A stretch of DNA of 63,409 bases, the filler included, from Basidiobolus ranarum (taxonomy: Eukaryota), in assembly GCA_040143965.1 (NCBI GenBank). It is 33 parts of 33 records of this genome, joined end to end, with 100 filler letters (N's around TTAATTAATTAA, not from the genome) between each part and the next. Parts side by side here need not be neighbours in the genome. Positions count along the whole stretch, not along the records: positions 61,594 to 63,409 come from JASJQH010011152.1; 32 more parts are not named here. One strand, written 5' to 3'. The notes beneath the pieces were generated by a model that worked only from the letters and a program-made list of their open reading frames with translations, did no database searches and was not told the origin of the DNA. This document shows, in pieces, positions 62,441 to 63,409 of this stretch (positions are counted from its first letter, which is position 1; every line of letters starts with the position of its first letter). A program made the translations under genes and the position numbers.

Positions 62441-63409
62441 ATGCTGCAATACAAACATTTAAAGAAGCCCTGCAATTATTATCACAAATTCTTGCACTAT
62501 GAAAGCTGGAGGCTACATAGAAAAAATAATCAAAAGCATTGTCACTATACAAAGCAACTAGTTGCACAAAGCCTGAAGAATATCAACAGTAATAAGTGCA
62601 CAAATTCAGCTTTAGTTTTGCCCATTGAGTCCTCTGACTGTACTTTGCCTCAAAGTTTTGGTAACACTACCAAAAGTCAAGATACTGTGGAGTTACCACA
62701 GTTGTATTACTAGAATGATATAGGTAGAAATGCAACTTTGGTCAAACTAGTAAGTCCAGACAACTTTGAGGGCTTGCTGCTAGATGTTGACCTTGGTTAT
62801 TCCAGTACCAATGGTAGTATATCAGAAGTTGAAGAAGACAACAGTTTTGTTATGGACTCTTTGTTATTGGCAAACATTAGTCCACTCATCCAACCTATTG
62901 TAAAGGAAGCAGCTTTGAGTATTGAGGAGTGGAGAGTTCAATCCAATCTCAACAACCAGGTGTTTATTGGTTTTCTTACACATTTACCATAGTTGATTGG
63001 TAACTGTTGCTTGCCACAGACCTGGTACAAGTGGAAAACACTTGTCAATTGTATGACTTATAATCCTTCAGTAGTTAAACTACCTTCATGTCCAAATGGT
63101 TGTTTGGCTTTCACCAGTGATCTGAAAAACCTGAAGTCATGTACTGTTTGCACACAATTGGCAATCACTGAATCTGGTAAATATTGTTCATATTTGGCTT
63201 ACATACTATTGATTCCCTGTCTTCAAGTTTTGATGAAGTCACTTAAATGTAGATCATTGATCCAATACCAAAGCACTCACCATAAAGCTGATGGCATTAC
63301 TGATATACTTTATGGATATCACAACCAGAATCTGAAAGGTCAAGGTTTCTCTGAGAACACATATGATCATGCATTTGCATTGGCTCTGGATAGTTTCTCA
63401 CTAAACAAA
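62441..63409 (+). mobile_element. CACTA/CMC transposase 5' half
   Basis: Runs from the N-terminal Zn-finger-like segment through WYKWKTLV, CPNGCLAF, CTVC and YLAYI to ALALDSFSLNK; a few stops. Confidence 0.82.

Noticed and set aside
1-63409. Classical RIP as the cause of the decay
   Set aside because: The differences I could align by eye are mainly at CpG, and CA/TG dinucleotides remain abundant. This was not tested quantitatively.

Overview
This window is not one locus. It is 33 unrelated short contigs sorted by decreasing length (1834 to 1816 bp), joined by an artificial 100-bp linker (44 N + TTAATTAATTAA + 44 N). The DNA is AT-rich, eukaryotic and most likely fungal, judging by the 58-68 nt GT-AG introns and fungal-type transposons. 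It consists mostly of nested, CpG-depleted transposon debris: at least three Ty1/copia families with half-tRNA-iMet primer sites (LTR-A, -B, -C), Ty3/gypsy elements including a chromovirus (LTR-D), a CACTA/CMC-type (Tnp2) DNA transposon with CCCTAACA ends and a divergent second ORF, and a ~182-bp MITE. Host-gene remnants are the 3' part of an intron-containing SDR, the 3' half of a tyrosine-aminotransferase-like gene, the C-terminus of a second SDR, and a short mitochondrial nad4 fragment. The most unusual element is a ~281-bp solo-LTR-like insertion (two copies, one with a clean 5-bp TSD) carrying a full-length tRNA-like cloverleaf with Pol III A/B boxes near its 3' end, a possible tRNA analogue of the 5S-bearing Cassandra retroelements. 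All family assignments rest on motif recognition by eye, not database searches.
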